Part shown: positions 10,523 to 19,992 of the stretch, piece after piece
How the letters are laid out: every line of letters begins with the position of its first letter
How positions within the stretch are numbered: the stretch's first letter is position 1
NCBI GenBank assembly: GCA_030153785.1
Contig: JASKLF010000008.1
Span: 1-64,000, forward strand
DNA from: a bacterium
GTDB taxonomy: Bacteria; Synergistota; GBS-1
Reading direction: 5' to 3'
DNA length: 64,000 nt
The notes under the pieces: model-generated
What the model saw: the letters and a program-made list of their open reading frames with translations, nothing else
Database searches by the model: none
What the model was told of the DNA's origin: nothing
Position numbers and translations under genes: made by a program

Positions 10523-11512
10523 GTGAATAGAAAGTTGTTCTCAGTCTTATCCGGTCCAGAGAAAACGATACTTTTTCTGGGTAAAGTTGATACAGGAAAA
10601 ACTACTCTTGTTACTCAGCTAGCTAACGAGATGTTTTCTAAGGGTAAGAGAGTGGGAATAATAGATGCAGACCCTGGTCAGTCTGATATTGGTCCACCGG
10701 GAACTATTGGTCTTGGCTTCTTGAAGAGCCAAGTTACTAAACTTTCTGAGATTTTGCCCGAAAAGCTCGCTTTTATAGGATCTACTTCGCCAGGGGGTAT
10801 CTTTTTATGGCCCACCGTATGGGGGATATCACAGCTAGTAAACTTCGCTTCAAAATCTGCAGATATTATCATTATAGATTCTTCTGGATTAATAACAGGT
10901 AGGGATGGATACGTTCTTGCTAAAAGTAAGGTGTTGACCGTCCATCCTGATATTGTTTTTTTTGTTGGAAGTGCCGGGGATTATATTCATCTCGTAAATG
11001 AATTTTCTCTTTATACACGTGTGGAGGTTTTGCCATCACCTTCTGGTGTGAGGGTGAAAACTTATGAGGAGAGAAAAGCTAATCGTATCAGAATGTGGAA
11101 AACCTATTTTAGAGATTCTGTGGAAGTCGAGTTGTCATGGAATAACCTTGAGATTGGGGGGTTTCCTTATTTTGGAGTAGGTGTTCCTTTAGGTAAGGAG
11201 GTTCTTCACTCATTATCCTTGGAACTTGGTGTCGATGTTCTTTGGGCTGAGGCGTGCAACGGAAAATATAAGATTCTTACCGTTTACCCTCCAGAGAGGT
11301 TAGTGAACCCTGATTGGGATTGGATGCATATAGGAGTTTTGAGAAACACTTTTGTAGGACTTGAAGGTGATAATGGGCTAATAGATGTGGGAGTTATTTT
11401 GGATATTGATGAAAGGAAGTTGCTTATTAAGACTCCTCTTTGTGATTTGGGCAGAGTAAGGAGAGTGTTAATTTCTAAGCTAAAAATAGATGAAGAAGTT
11501 TTGAAGGAGTGA
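10523..11512 (+). CDS. Clp1/Grc3/Nol9-family polynucleotide 5'-hydroxyl kinase
   Basis: Walker A GKVDTGKTT, DADPGQSDIGPPGTIG, IIDSSG, lid ERKANR. Confidence 0.88.
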   Translation: MNRKLFSVLSGPEKTILFLGKVDTGKTTLVTQLANEMFSKGKRVGIIDADPGQSDIGPPGTIGLGFLKSQVTKLSEILPEKLAFIGSTSPGGIFLWPTVWGISQLVNFASKSADIIIIDSSGLITGRDGYVLAKSKVLTVHPDIVFFVGSAGDYIHLVNEFSLYTRVEVLPSPSGVRVKTYEERKANRIRMWKTYFRDSVEVELSWNNLEIGGFPYFGVGVPLGKEVLHSLSLELGVDVLWAEACNGKYKILTVYPPERLVNPDWDWMHIGVLRNTFVGLEGDNGLIDVGVILDIDERKLLIKTPLCDLGRVRRVLISKLKIDEEVLKE

Positions 11513-11542
11513 AGTGAAAGAATTCTATTTGGACAAAGGTTG

Positions 11543-11571
11543 TTGACCTCCCTTAGAGGGTGTTATATAAT
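11543..11571 (+). promoter_or_regulatory. Sigma70 promoter of tRNA-Leu
   Basis: TTGACC-17 bp-TATAAT, ending 14 nt upstream of the tRNA. Confidence 0.75.
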
Positions 11572-11584
11572 TCCTGTGTGAGGT

Positions 11585-11672
11585 GTCGGAGTGGCGGAAC
11601 TTGGCAGACGCGCTGGACTCAGGATCCAGTGGGTTTTTACCCGTGCGGGTTCAAATCCCGCCTCCGACACCA
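11585..11672 (+). tRNA. tRNA-Leu (CAG)
   Basis: Acceptor GTCGGAG/CTCCGAC, anticodon arm CTGGA-CTCAGGA-TCCAG, long variable arm, GGTTCAAATCC, encoded CCA. Confidence 0.95.
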
Positions 11673-12694
11673 TATAATTTTATTCTTCTTAATTGTCCAC
11701 ACGCAGCTTCTATGTCGGTCCCTTTTTCTCTTCTTATTTCAGCATTTATTCCTAATTCAAGTAGTGTTTGATGGAACTTTTCCACTTCTTTGTTGTCAGG
11801 CCTTTCGAATTCATCGTTAGGGGTTGGGTTGTAAGGTATGAGATTTACGAAAGCTTTAAGTCCTGAAAGGAAGTTTCTAAGTTGAAGGGCATCCTCTTTT
11901 GATGTATTGAATCCTTTAAGAAGTATGTATTCTATCGTGATTCTTTTTCCTTTTTCTTTTTGAAACCTCAGTAAAGCCTTCTTAAGATCTCCTAATCTAT
12001 ACTTCTTGGCGACAGGAATAATTTTTTCTCTTTTTCTTTGCTGTGCAGAGTGCAGAGATATGGCTAATCTATAGGCTCCGCTTACTTTGGCGAAGTCATA
12101 AATCCTTGGGATTATACCTACCGTTGATAATGTTATGTTTCTTGTGCTCATTTTCATTCCTGTTGGGTGGGTGATTATCTCTAAGCTTTTGATAACTTCC
12201 TCGTAGTTTAAAAAGGGCTCTCCCATTCCCATATAAACTATTCTGTTTGGTTTCGTTCCTGAGTCTCTCCTTAGGGTTAGTATTTGATTGACTATTTCTC
12301 CTGCTTTAAGGTTTCTTTGAAAGCCGGCTAATCCGGTTGCACAAAATCTACAGCCAATGGGGCATCCAACTTGTGTTGACACACAGTAGGTAGTTCTGTT
12401 AGGATGAGGAATTATTACACTTTCTATGTAATTATTGTCTTCGAGTTTCAATAAATATTTAGTTGTCCCATCTATAGATACGCGTTTTTCGGCAATTTCA
12501 AGAGGTTCCAAGATGAAGTTTTCTTTAAGAAAGCTTCTCAAGCTTTTGCTAAGGTTTGTCATAGTTTCAAAATCGAACTTTCCCTTCTCGTATATCCAAG
12601 AGAAGATCTGTGATGCTCTGTAACTTTTTTCTCTATTCTCGGTTAACAGTGTAAGTAACTCTGTATAATTCAAATCAAGAATGTTCTTTTTCAT
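11651..12694 (-). CDS. rlmN: Dual-specificity 23S rRNA/tRNA m2A methyltransferase RlmN
   Basis: Radical SAM CPIGCRFC, MGMGEP, SLH, AACGQL; start at MKKNILDL. Confidence 0.95.
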   Translation of the reverse strand: MKKNILDLNYTELLTLLTENREKSYRASQIFSWIYEKGKFDFETMTNLSKSLRSFLKENFILEPLEIAEKRVSIDGTTKYLLKLEDNNYIESVIIPHPNRTTYCVSTQVGCPIGCRFCATGLAGFQRNLKAGEIVNQILTLRRDSGTKPNRIVYMGMGEPFLNYEEVIKSLEIITHPTGMKMSTRNITLSTVGIIPRIYDFAKVSGAYRLAISLHSAQQRKREKIIPVAKKYRLGDLKKALLRFQKEKGKRITIEYILLKGFNTSKEDALQLRNFLSGLKAFVNLIPYNPTPNDEFERPDNKEVEKFHQTLLELGINAEIRREKGTDIEAACGQLRRIKLYGVGGGI

Positions 12695-12731
12695 AGCGAT
12701 TAAAATTATATCACAGGGAGGTATGAGGGTA

Positions 12732-13655
12732 GTGAAAGTGGGCGTGCTGGATATAGGCAGTAATAGCTTAAGAGGCCTCTGGGGAGATGTTGATGAGGAT
12801 CTGTGTTTTATCAAGAGAGGAGCAAAACTTCTTACTACTCGTTTAGGAGAGGGAATGTCTTCTGTCGAAAGGGTTTTAAGGGAAGAAGCGGTGGAAAGGA
12901 CGCTTAAGGGACTTTTGGAGCTTTGCAGAGATTTTAGGGATAATGGCGTTACCGAGGTTTATGCTTTTGCTACCAGTGCGGTAAGAGAGGCTTCTAATAA
13001 AGATTGGTTTTTAACCTTGGTTCGTTTAGAGACGGGGTTAAATGTAGATGTGCTTTCGGGAAGAGAGGAAGCCTTTCAGAATCTTCTGGGAGTTGAGGTG
13101 GGCCTTGGAATAAAGGATCATTATCTTTTGTTTGATATAGGAGGCGGAAGCACCGAGATTATCTTAAAAAATGGAGAAGATGTTTTTCTCAAGAGCATAC
13201 CTATTGGGGCTTTGAAACTAAAAAGAGTTCGTTTTAGTTCCCTAAATGAAGGGGTTTCTTTCTTAAAAAAGCTTTGGGAGAAAGAACTTGCTTCTATCAG
13301 ATCATCTTTACAAGGGGTAAAGAATTTCGTAGGGGTGGGTGGGACGCTTTCTGCATTAGCTCTATTTAAAGAAGGGCTTTCCTTTTATGATATAAGAATT
13401 GCTCACGGGAACAGGATAGAGCTGGATTGGTTGGCCGATAAAATACTGTATCTGTCCAGGCTTTCACAAACGGAATTGGAAAGTTTTTTTTCTTTTGACC
13501 CTGGACGTTCTTATGTGATATACGAGGGTAGTCTCATTCTCCTTTCTTTGATGGATTTTTTTGGAATACCTAGCCTCTTGGTTTCTGAGACTAATCTTCT
13601 TTGGGGAGGATTGGTTAAAAAGTGGGGTGTAAAAAAGTTTCTCTTTGGTTCTTAA
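12732..13655 (+). CDS. Ppx/GppA family phosphatase (short form)
   Basis: DIGSNS, ATSAVREA, EEA, DIGGGSTE, GVGGT; GTG start 9 nt after GGAGGT. Confidence 0.88.
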   Translation: MKVGVLDIGSNSLRGLWGDVDEDLCFIKRGAKLLTTRLGEGMSSVERVLREEAVERTLKGLLELCRDFRDNGVTEVYAFATSAVREASNKDWFLTLVRLETGLNVDVLSGREEAFQNLLGVEVGLGIKDHYLLFDIGGGSTEIILKNGEDVFLKSIPIGALKLKRVRFSSLNEGVSFLKKLWEKELASIRSSLQGVKNFVGVGGTLSALALFKEGLSFYDIRIAHGNRIELDWLADKILYLSRLSQTELESFFSFDPGRSYVIYEGSLILLSLMDFFGIPSLLVSETNLLWGGLVKKWGVKKFLFGS

Positions 13656-13759
13656 GTTTCTCCTTATGTGTGTTAAAATAGGAAATGATTTGTGAAGTTA
13701 GGGGAGAATCTATGCCTTAGGGCAAACTAAGAACATTTAACAGGAGGTGTGCGCTCAAG

Positions 13760-15121
13760 ATGTATATTTTAACCTTAAACTGTGGAAGTTCTTCGGTTAA
13801 GTATATGCTTTATGATTGGGAGAAAAAACTTCCCATGGTGAAGGGCATAGTTGAGCGAGTGACGGTGGGGGGCTCTTTTTGTGTTCATTCACCTCACGGT
13901 AAGGACAGCGTTAAGATTGAGCATGATTGCCCTACTCACAAGGAGGCTATTAGGCTTATAATAGACCTTCTTGTGCATCCTCAGTATGGTGTCATTAACG
14001 ATGTTAAAGAAGTAGATGCGGTTGGACATAGGGTAGTTCACGGAGGAGAGGAGTTTGCTAAGTCAGTTCTAATTGATGACAGGGCTTTAGAAACTTTTAG
14101 GAAGCTTTCAGATTTAGCTCCTCTTCATAATCCCCCGAATGTAATGGGAATTGAGGCGGCAAAAGAGCTTTTGCCAAATGTTCCTCATGTTGCAGTTATG
14201 GATACCGCCTGGCATCAAACCATGCCTAAAAGTTCCTATCTTTATGCCCTCCCTTATGAATGGTATGAAAAATATAAGATAAGAAGATATGGGTTTCATG
14301 GAACGTCTTTACTTTATGTGTCTAAAAGAGCGGCGGTTCTTTTAGGTAAGAATCCTTTTGAAGTAAATCTGGTATGTCTACATATAGGCAATGGAGCAAG
14401 TGCCAACGCGGTTAAAAAGGGAGTTTCTTTTGATACGAGCATGGGCTTTACCCCGCTTGAAGGCTTGGTTATGGGAACAAGGGCGGGGGATCACGATGCG
14501 GCGATAGATTTGTATATCATGGAGAAAGAAAAGCTTTCCCCGAAAGATATGAACGATATCTTGAACAAGAAGAGTGGTATTTTGGGTATAACGGGCAAGT
14601 ATATAGACAGAAGAGACGTAATGGCTGCAATGGAAGCTGGTGATGAAAGAGCAAGGCTGGCCTTTGAAATAGAAGCTTATAGATTGAGAAAATATATAGG
14701 CGCTTACTCTTTTGCGTTGGGAAGCGTCGATGCAATTGTTTTTACGGCTGGCGTAGGAGAGATGTCTCCAGAGGTTAGAGAGAAAGCTCTTGAGGGATTA
14801 GACTTCTTTGGTATAAAGGTGGATAGTAAGAGAAATGCTGTGGCTAAAAGTAGAAATGCTGAGACATTTATACATGACGATAGCTCGAAGGTTAAGATTT
14901 TTGTTATTCCTACCGATGAAGAGCTTGTTTTTGTTGAAGATGTGGTTGCTATTCTTGAGGGAAGATATGATATCCATACCAACTTTAAGTATTCCTTCGA
15001 GGATCCCAATTTCGTTAATCCTTTGAGGGCGGAGGAGTTCAAAAAGGAACTTCCAAAGAAGCCTGGGCTTAAGGATATACTTGCGATTCCACCAGGAGGA
15101 AAGTCTATTGTAGGCATTTAA
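13760..15121 (+). CDS. ackA: Acetate kinase
   Basis: NCGSSSVK, GHRVVHGG, APLHNP, RRYGFHGTS, FTAGVGE, PTDEE. Confidence 0.96.
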   Translation: MYILTLNCGSSSVKYMLYDWEKKLPMVKGIVERVTVGGSFCVHSPHGKDSVKIEHDCPTHKEAIRLIIDLLVHPQYGVINDVKEVDAVGHRVVHGGEEFAKSVLIDDRALETFRKLSDLAPLHNPPNVMGIEAAKELLPNVPHVAVMDTAWHQTMPKSSYLYALPYEWYEKYKIRRYGFHGTSLLYVSKRAAVLLGKNPFEVNLVCLHIGNGASANAVKKGVSFDTSMGFTPLEGLVMGTRAGDHDAAIDLYIMEKEKLSPKDMNDILNKKSGILGITGKYIDRRDVMAAMEAGDERARLAFEIEAYRLRKYIGAYSFALGSVDAIVFTAGVGEMSPEVREKALEGLDFFGIKVDSKRNAVAKSRNAETFIHDDSSKVKIFVIPTDEELVFVEDVVAILEGRYDIHTNFKYSFEDPNFVNPLRAEEFKKELPKKPGLKDILAIPPGGKSIVGI

Positions 15122-15126
15122 CACCT

Positions 15127-15873
15127 ATGGTAGCTGTAATATTTCTCATAGGTTTGGTGATTGGAAGTTTCTTAAACTCTTGTATATATAGATTGCCAAG
15201 GGGGGTGTCTATTGTTCACCCCCCTTCTTTTTGTCCTTCTTGTGGTCACAGGCTTTATTGGTTTGATTTAATCCCTTTGCTAAGCTATCTGTTTTTAAAG
15301 GGTAAGTGCAGGTATTGTGGGTATAGGATATCCTTCTATTATCCGTTGGTGGAGCTCCTAACGGGTTTTCTGTTTGTTGCTATGTATTTCAAGTTTGGGA
15401 TTTCTGTTAACTTTGTTTTTTCATGTTTTTTCGTATCTCTACTCGAATTTATTTCTTTCGTTGATTTAAAGCATTATGAGGTTATGGACTCATCTGTTTA
15501 CTTGGGGCTTGCAGGAGGGATTGTCTTTTCTCTTTTTAATTTTGGCACAGATGGTGTTATATTTTCTCTTAAGGGAGTCATATACGGAGCTGGTATCATA
15601 GCTTTTATATTTTATGTCTCAAACGGAGGCATGGGAGAAGGGGATATAGGAATAGCTGCTTTTATAGGCGCTTGGCTTGGAAATTATAATACCATAGTTG
15701 CTTTAATAGTGGCATTTTTAATTGGTGGCGTTTTTGCAGTTTTTCTGCTTTTGTTCGGCTTGAAGAAAATAGGAGAGAAAATACCTTTTGGTCCATTTTT
15801 GGCTATAGGTGCTTTAATAGCTTTTCTTGGTGGAGAAAGTTTGATAGAATTTTATTGGAGGGTTATGGGTTGA
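15127..15873 (+). CDS. pilD: Prepilin peptidase (A24)
   Basis: GSFLN, CPSC/CRYC Zn motifs, GMGEGD, IPFGPFL, many TM helices. Confidence 0.93.
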   Translation: MVAVIFLIGLVIGSFLNSCIYRLPRGVSIVHPPSFCPSCGHRLYWFDLIPLLSYLFLKGKCRYCGYRISFYYPLVELLTGFLFVAMYFKFGISVNFVFSCFFVSLLEFISFVDLKHYEVMDSSVYLGLAGGIVFSLFNFGTDGVIFSLKGVIYGAGIIAFIFYVSNGGMGEGDIGIAAFIGAWLGNYNTIVALIVAFLIGGVFAVFLLLFGLKKIGEKIPFGPFLAIGALIAFLGGESLIEFYWRVMG

Positions 15874-16298
15874 GAAAATCCTTCTCTTTGTTGGAAGTTT
15901 TAATAACCATATCAATACTGGTAGTGGGAGTATTTGCTCTCTATTCGCTTTTTTATACTATCGAGTTCAGTGGTGAAAGAGAGAAATCAAGGTTTGTTAT
16001 GCTTAGATTGGCAGAAGGGAAATTGGAGGAAATGATGTATGGGATAACAGATGATGAGCTTCCTTCATCTTTACCAGCCGAGTTTGTTTTTGATGGATTG
16101 GAAAATAATCTTGCTAAGTTACCTTCCTATTATTCAAACACTATAAAAGAAGATAATGTGTACAATGGAATTTCTTATTCCTGTTCTGTCAAGTTTTCTA
16201 CATCTTCCGTTAGCAGTAGCCTCATCATAAGAGTGAAAGTTTGGGAAAGCGAACGGCCCTCTAGATTTGTTGAGGTTGTTGGTGCCAGACAAAGATGA
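15870..16298 (+). CDS. Type IV minor pilin (PilV-like)
   Basis: RKS|FSLLEVLITISIL class III signal; TTG start overlapping the pilD stop. Confidence 0.75.
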   Translation: MRKSFSLLEVLITISILVVGVFALYSLFYTIEFSGEREKSRFVMLRLAEGKLEEMMYGITDDELPSSLPAEFVFDGLENNLAKLPSYYSNTIKEDNVYNGISYSCSVKFSTSSVSSSLIIRVKVWESERPSRFVEVVGARQR

Positions 16299-16900
16299 GG
16301 TCAAGGAGAGCTTTGACTTTAGTAGAAGCTATTGTTGTAATTTTTATCTTAGCTATAGTGCTTTTAATCTTGATGGAGATATTACTTGGCGGTTTTAGAA
16401 GTTACAGACACGGTATTTCGCGAGAGGACATAATTCAGAACGCTCGTAATGTACTTGATAGGATAAGGCTTGAAGTAATAGGAGGAGGGGTAGATTTCGA
16501 ATTGTTGGACAACAAGCCACCCTTTTATGTTGATGAAGAGCATTCTCTTTTAAAAGTGGACTTTGAAGATAAAGATCCCCTATTTGTAGGTTGTTATAAG
16601 GGAGCAAAGCTCCCCGATGGAGAGGATGTGTATATTTTAGGTATGCTTAGAGGAGATGGTACTGTTCAACCACTTACGGATGGTTATGATGGGGGGAAAG
16701 ATAGTTTTTGGGTGAGCGTGGAAGAGTTCAAGGTGGAGCTAGTTCCTGGAGGAAATTCTTTGATTTATGGAGATGGTTCCTCTGATGGTAAAGGAGTATT
16801 TGTATACTTGAAGCTTGCTGGGCCTGGTGGCTTGGAAACAAGAAGATTTAAGAAGAGCAAATATTTGGAAGTTTCTACTCTTGTTTATCTGAGAAAATGA
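16295..16900 (+). CDS. Type IV minor pilin (PilW-like)
   Basis: RRA|LTLVEAIVVIFIL class III signal followed by an amphipathic helix. Confidence 0.75.
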   Translation: MRSRRALTLVEAIVVIFILAIVLLILMEILLGGFRSYRHGISREDIIQNARNVLDRIRLEVIGGGVDFELLDNKPPFYVDEEHSLLKVDFEDKDPLFVGCYKGAKLPDGEDVYILGMLRGDGTVQPLTDGYDGGKDSFWVSVEEFKVELVPGGNSLIYGDGSSDGKGVFVYLKLAGPGGLETRRFKKSKYLEVSTLVYLRK

Positions 16901-19900
16901 GAAAAGGTTTTAGCTCGTTGGCCTTAAGCATAATAATAATAGCCATATTAGGCATAATAGGTGGGGGTTTTGCTTTTCTTTATTCTTCTCAACAGGCTAT
17001 ATCGAGGGCTGATGTGAGGGGAAGCCAGAGCTTTTTCGCTGCTGAGGCAGGCATAAATGAGGCTGTTTCGAAATATAAATCGCAGAACCCCTTCTACTCT
17101 TTGTCTGAGCCAAAGTGGTTTTATGGAATAGATGCAAAGTCTCTTTCTCTTTCTTGGACACCCCTCTTTCTCCCAGACCATGATCTTTTTGTGGAGGGAG
17201 CGATAACTTTCCGTGTGGAAAATGCGAAGATTTATGATGGAGGAAGCGAGGTTTACTTTTATGTAGAGGGAGTTTTGAAAGAGGGCGAGAAAGTGGCATC
17301 CCGTTTTCCCCTTGCCTTAAGGATGAATAAGCTTTTTGCCCCTCAGGGGGAAGATATAGATGTAGAAGCAGGGATAGGTGTCGGAGAGGTAATAATAAAA
17401 AGAAACGGGGAGGTTTGGAGAAGGCTTTCTCAAGAGGGATACCGTGGTGGACAGGCTTTAGAAAGAGCCTTTACTCTTGTTGGTGGTGGAAGAGAATATG
17501 AGATAGTTTTGGGTCCTGGAGTATATCTTGTTCCCATGAAAAGGCAGGGTGATTATTGTTATGCCCTTGGTCTAGAAGGTAACAAAAGCATAGTTCTAAG
17601 GTCTGCTAAAGGATGGGGGCCTCATTGGGTAAAGATAATTGGAGTTATACCCTATAGATCTTCTCCAAATATTACCGATCCATACTATTGGTCTACCATT
17701 TTTATTAGGAATGGTGCGGAGTTAAGAATAGAAGATGTATGGATTTCCCCACCAATACAGAGAGAAAATATAGAAAAAGGAGTTTTTCTTGACAGGGATA
17801 TTTCAGCTATTTTAGTGGATGATGTGAGTACGCGCCTTGTTGTGGAAAATTGTGTGATTAAAAATAGGGACATAGTAACTTATGTAGGTAGCCATCTTTC
17901 GGGCGTGAGAGTATTACTTTATAGTAAGGGCGTTTCGGAGCTTGCAGTATCAAGGGTGGTATTTGATGCGGGGAATTTCCTTGATTATGAAGGTGGGTCT
18001 TCAAGTTACGCAGTTAGGGTTTCAAAACTATCCGATAAAAACCCTACTTTAAATGCTGAAATTAGCAATAGTGTGTTTACTAACCACGATGTAGCAATAG
18101 TTAACGAGGCTTCGCAAGGTTCCTTTAATGTAACAAATTCTCTTTTTTGGAAAAACTCAACCAAAGTTTCAGGGCATGTTAACTTGATTAATACAGTTGA
18201 GGAAGATCCCCAGTTTAAAAAATTCTACAGCTTTTTGAAGGAGTCTCAGGAGAATGTGGAATATTTCAGGCATTGGGATTCTTATGTTCCCCAAGAAAAC
18301 TCCGTGCTTGAGAGCAGAAATATAGGTTTGACCTCATCTTATTGGAATACCACGATTCCTGTCCCTAAGGGGGGAGAGATTCTTTCTATAATCAAGTTGG
18401 AAGACAGCTATAAGCTCTTAAAATTCGAAGATGTTAATAGTGCGTTTGACGCTCTTCAGGGATATTATAACTCTGTACCCAATGGCTCCTCAGTACTTGT
18501 TTTCGGTAGGGGATTCTGGTATTTGTCCGATAGTTACGAGTTTAAAAATGTTGGTAGTTTTATGATGATCTCTACGTGGGGACCTTTGTTTACACCTCTT
18601 TTCGTATTTTTGCCCGAGGCTTGGGAAAAGGCTTCTTCAGATAAAGGTGTTTTAAATTTCAGTGAGATTTCCGAGCTTAAAATATACGGTTTTTACTTTG
18701 GCCTAAGTGGAGGAAAAGATTATCAAGGGGAAAAAACCTTCATAAAGGTATCTAACATTTCAAATTTAGAAATAGCTGACTGTGTTTTTAAAAGGATTTA
18801 CGGAGGAATGGGAAGGGTTGTAGAAATAAAGTCTATTAATGCTTCCGATATAGGTATATACAATAATGTTTTTGATCACGAGTATAGAAGAATAGTGGGC
18901 GACGCCTCGGGAACGCCTACATTTTATGATAGGGATTTTGTTGATACGCTGTCCATGCAATATAGTGGTAATATGAACGTTAGGGGAAATCTATTTTGGG
19001 GGGAAAGTTCTTCAGGGGGACACAATGATTCTGTTTCAGCTGGAGAGGAAGACAGCTTTTTCTTAGATGGTGGGGGTAAGATTATAAAGTCTGTGTTTAA
19101 TCCATTTTCATATAGATTGATTCTTTCTGACTCCAATAATTATCTTGAAAGAAACTTCGATGGAGGGGATATGGGTATAAGAATGGATCTCTATCCCTAT
19201 ATCAGACTTGTTGAAGGAGACAACGCTTTTATAATACTTGAAAACCAGATTGAAAAGATTACGAGGACTGAAACAGATTCTGTTTTAGCCAGTCTTGACG
19301 AGGGGGAAACTTTGCTTTTGGGAAGTGGAACATATTCTATCAGTAGTGACTTACATCTTTCGAAGAACGGTTTAGGGATTGTTGGAGTTTGGGGGCCTTA
19401 TTATTCGAAAATCAACTTATCGAGCTCTCTTTCGATAGCGGGGGATGGCGCTCTTCTTTATGGTTTAGGTTTTGAGGTTCAGGGAAGCTTTTCCGAGGGA
19501 GCTCCTATATTTGTTTCAGGGACTAATTTCTCGGTTAAAGACATCTTTGTGAAAATTGCGAGTTCAAACGCTTCTTGGAGATATGGTATTAAGGTTAGTT
19601 CTGCATCAGGCATGGTGAAAAACATACTCATTAATGGGGGTTATGTTCAAGGAAGCGATTGGTTAACAAAGGGAGATTATGGTCTTTATGTTCCCGCGGG
19701 CAGCATTTTAATTGATCACGTTAATAGCTTAAAGCATAATATTGCAGGCATTAGATGGTCTGGAAGGATATATGGTTGTAACTCTTATTTTTCTGGAAAC
19801 ACTAACTATGATCCTTCTAATGTAGGTTCTAGCAACCTGAGTGTGGACCCGCAGGGATCACCTGATATGGTCTGTTATCTGTTTGATTCTCCCTGTCATT

Positions 19901-19980
19901 GGTGGAATAACTCGGAAGAAGCTGACACGGGATCTTACAGGGGTATAGATTGGGCCAATATTCCGGTGAGCCCAAGATGA
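16897..19980 (+). CDS. PilX-like pilin N-terminus fused to multiple parallel beta-helix modules
   Basis: RKG|FSSLA (no Glu5), TM helix, AAEAG motif; three internal L/FGxGx(Y/W)...WGP repeats. Confidence 0.7.
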   Translation: MRKGFSSLALSIIIIAILGIIGGGFAFLYSSQQAISRADVRGSQSFFAAEAGINEAVSKYKSQNPFYSLSEPKWFYGIDAKSLSLSWTPLFLPDHDLFVEGAITFRVENAKIYDGGSEVYFYVEGVLKEGEKVASRFPLALRMNKLFAPQGEDIDVEAGIGVGEVIIKRNGEVWRRLSQEGYRGGQALERAFTLVGGGREYEIVLGPGVYLVPMKRQGDYCYALGLEGNKSIVLRSAKGWGPHWVKIIGVIPYRSSPNITDPYYWSTIFIRNGAELRIEDVWISPPIQRENIEKGVFLDRDISAILVDDVSTRLVVENCVIKNRDIVTYVGSHLSGVRVLLYSKGVSELAVSRVVFDAGNFLDYEGGSSSYAVRVSKLSDKNPTLNAEISNSVFTNHDVAIVNEASQGSFNVTNSLFWKNSTKVSGHVNLINTVEEDPQFKKFYSFLKESQENVEYFRHWDSYVPQENSVLESRNIGLTSSYWNTTIPVPKGGEILSIIKLEDSYKLLKFEDVNSAFDALQGYYNSVPNGSSVLVFGRGFWYLSDSYEFKNVGSFMMISTWGPLFTPLFVFLPEAWEKASSDKGVLNFSEISELKIYGFYFGLSGGKDYQGEKTFIKVSNISNLEIADCVFKRIYGGMGRVVEIKSINASDIGIYNNVFDHEYRRIVGDASGTPTFYDRDFVDTLSMQYSGNMNVRGNLFWGESSSGGHNDSVSAGEEDSFFLDGGGKIIKSVFNPFSYRLILSDSNNYLERNFDGGDMGIRMDLYPYIRLVEGDNAFIILENQIEKITRTETDSVLASLDEGETLLLGSGTYSISSDLHLSKNGLGIVGVWGPYYSKINLSSSLSIAGDGALLYGLGFEVQGSFSEGAPIFVSGTNFSVKDIFVKIASSNASWRYGIKVSSASGMVKNILINGGYVQGSDWLTKGDYGLYVPAGSILIDHVNSLKHNIAGIRWSGRIYGCNSYFSGNTNYDPSNVGSSNLSVDPQGSPDMVCYLFDSPCHWWNNSEEADTGSYRGIDWANIPVSPR

Positions 19981-19992
19981 AAGGTGGTGTTT

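Noticed and set aside
11585..11700. tRNA-Leu as an island integration site
   Set aside because: No duplicated tRNA 3' end or adjacent integrase found; the flanking genes are not mobile-element genes.
11560..11820. ORFs 11560-11820 and 11583-11771
   Set aside because: They overlap tRNA-Leu and the rlmN antisense strand; spurious.
9015..13725. Short CC(C)TTAG(A)GG-type hairpin motifs near 9018, 10455, 11550 and 13714
   Set aside because: Too short and variable to separate from chance without a count against background.
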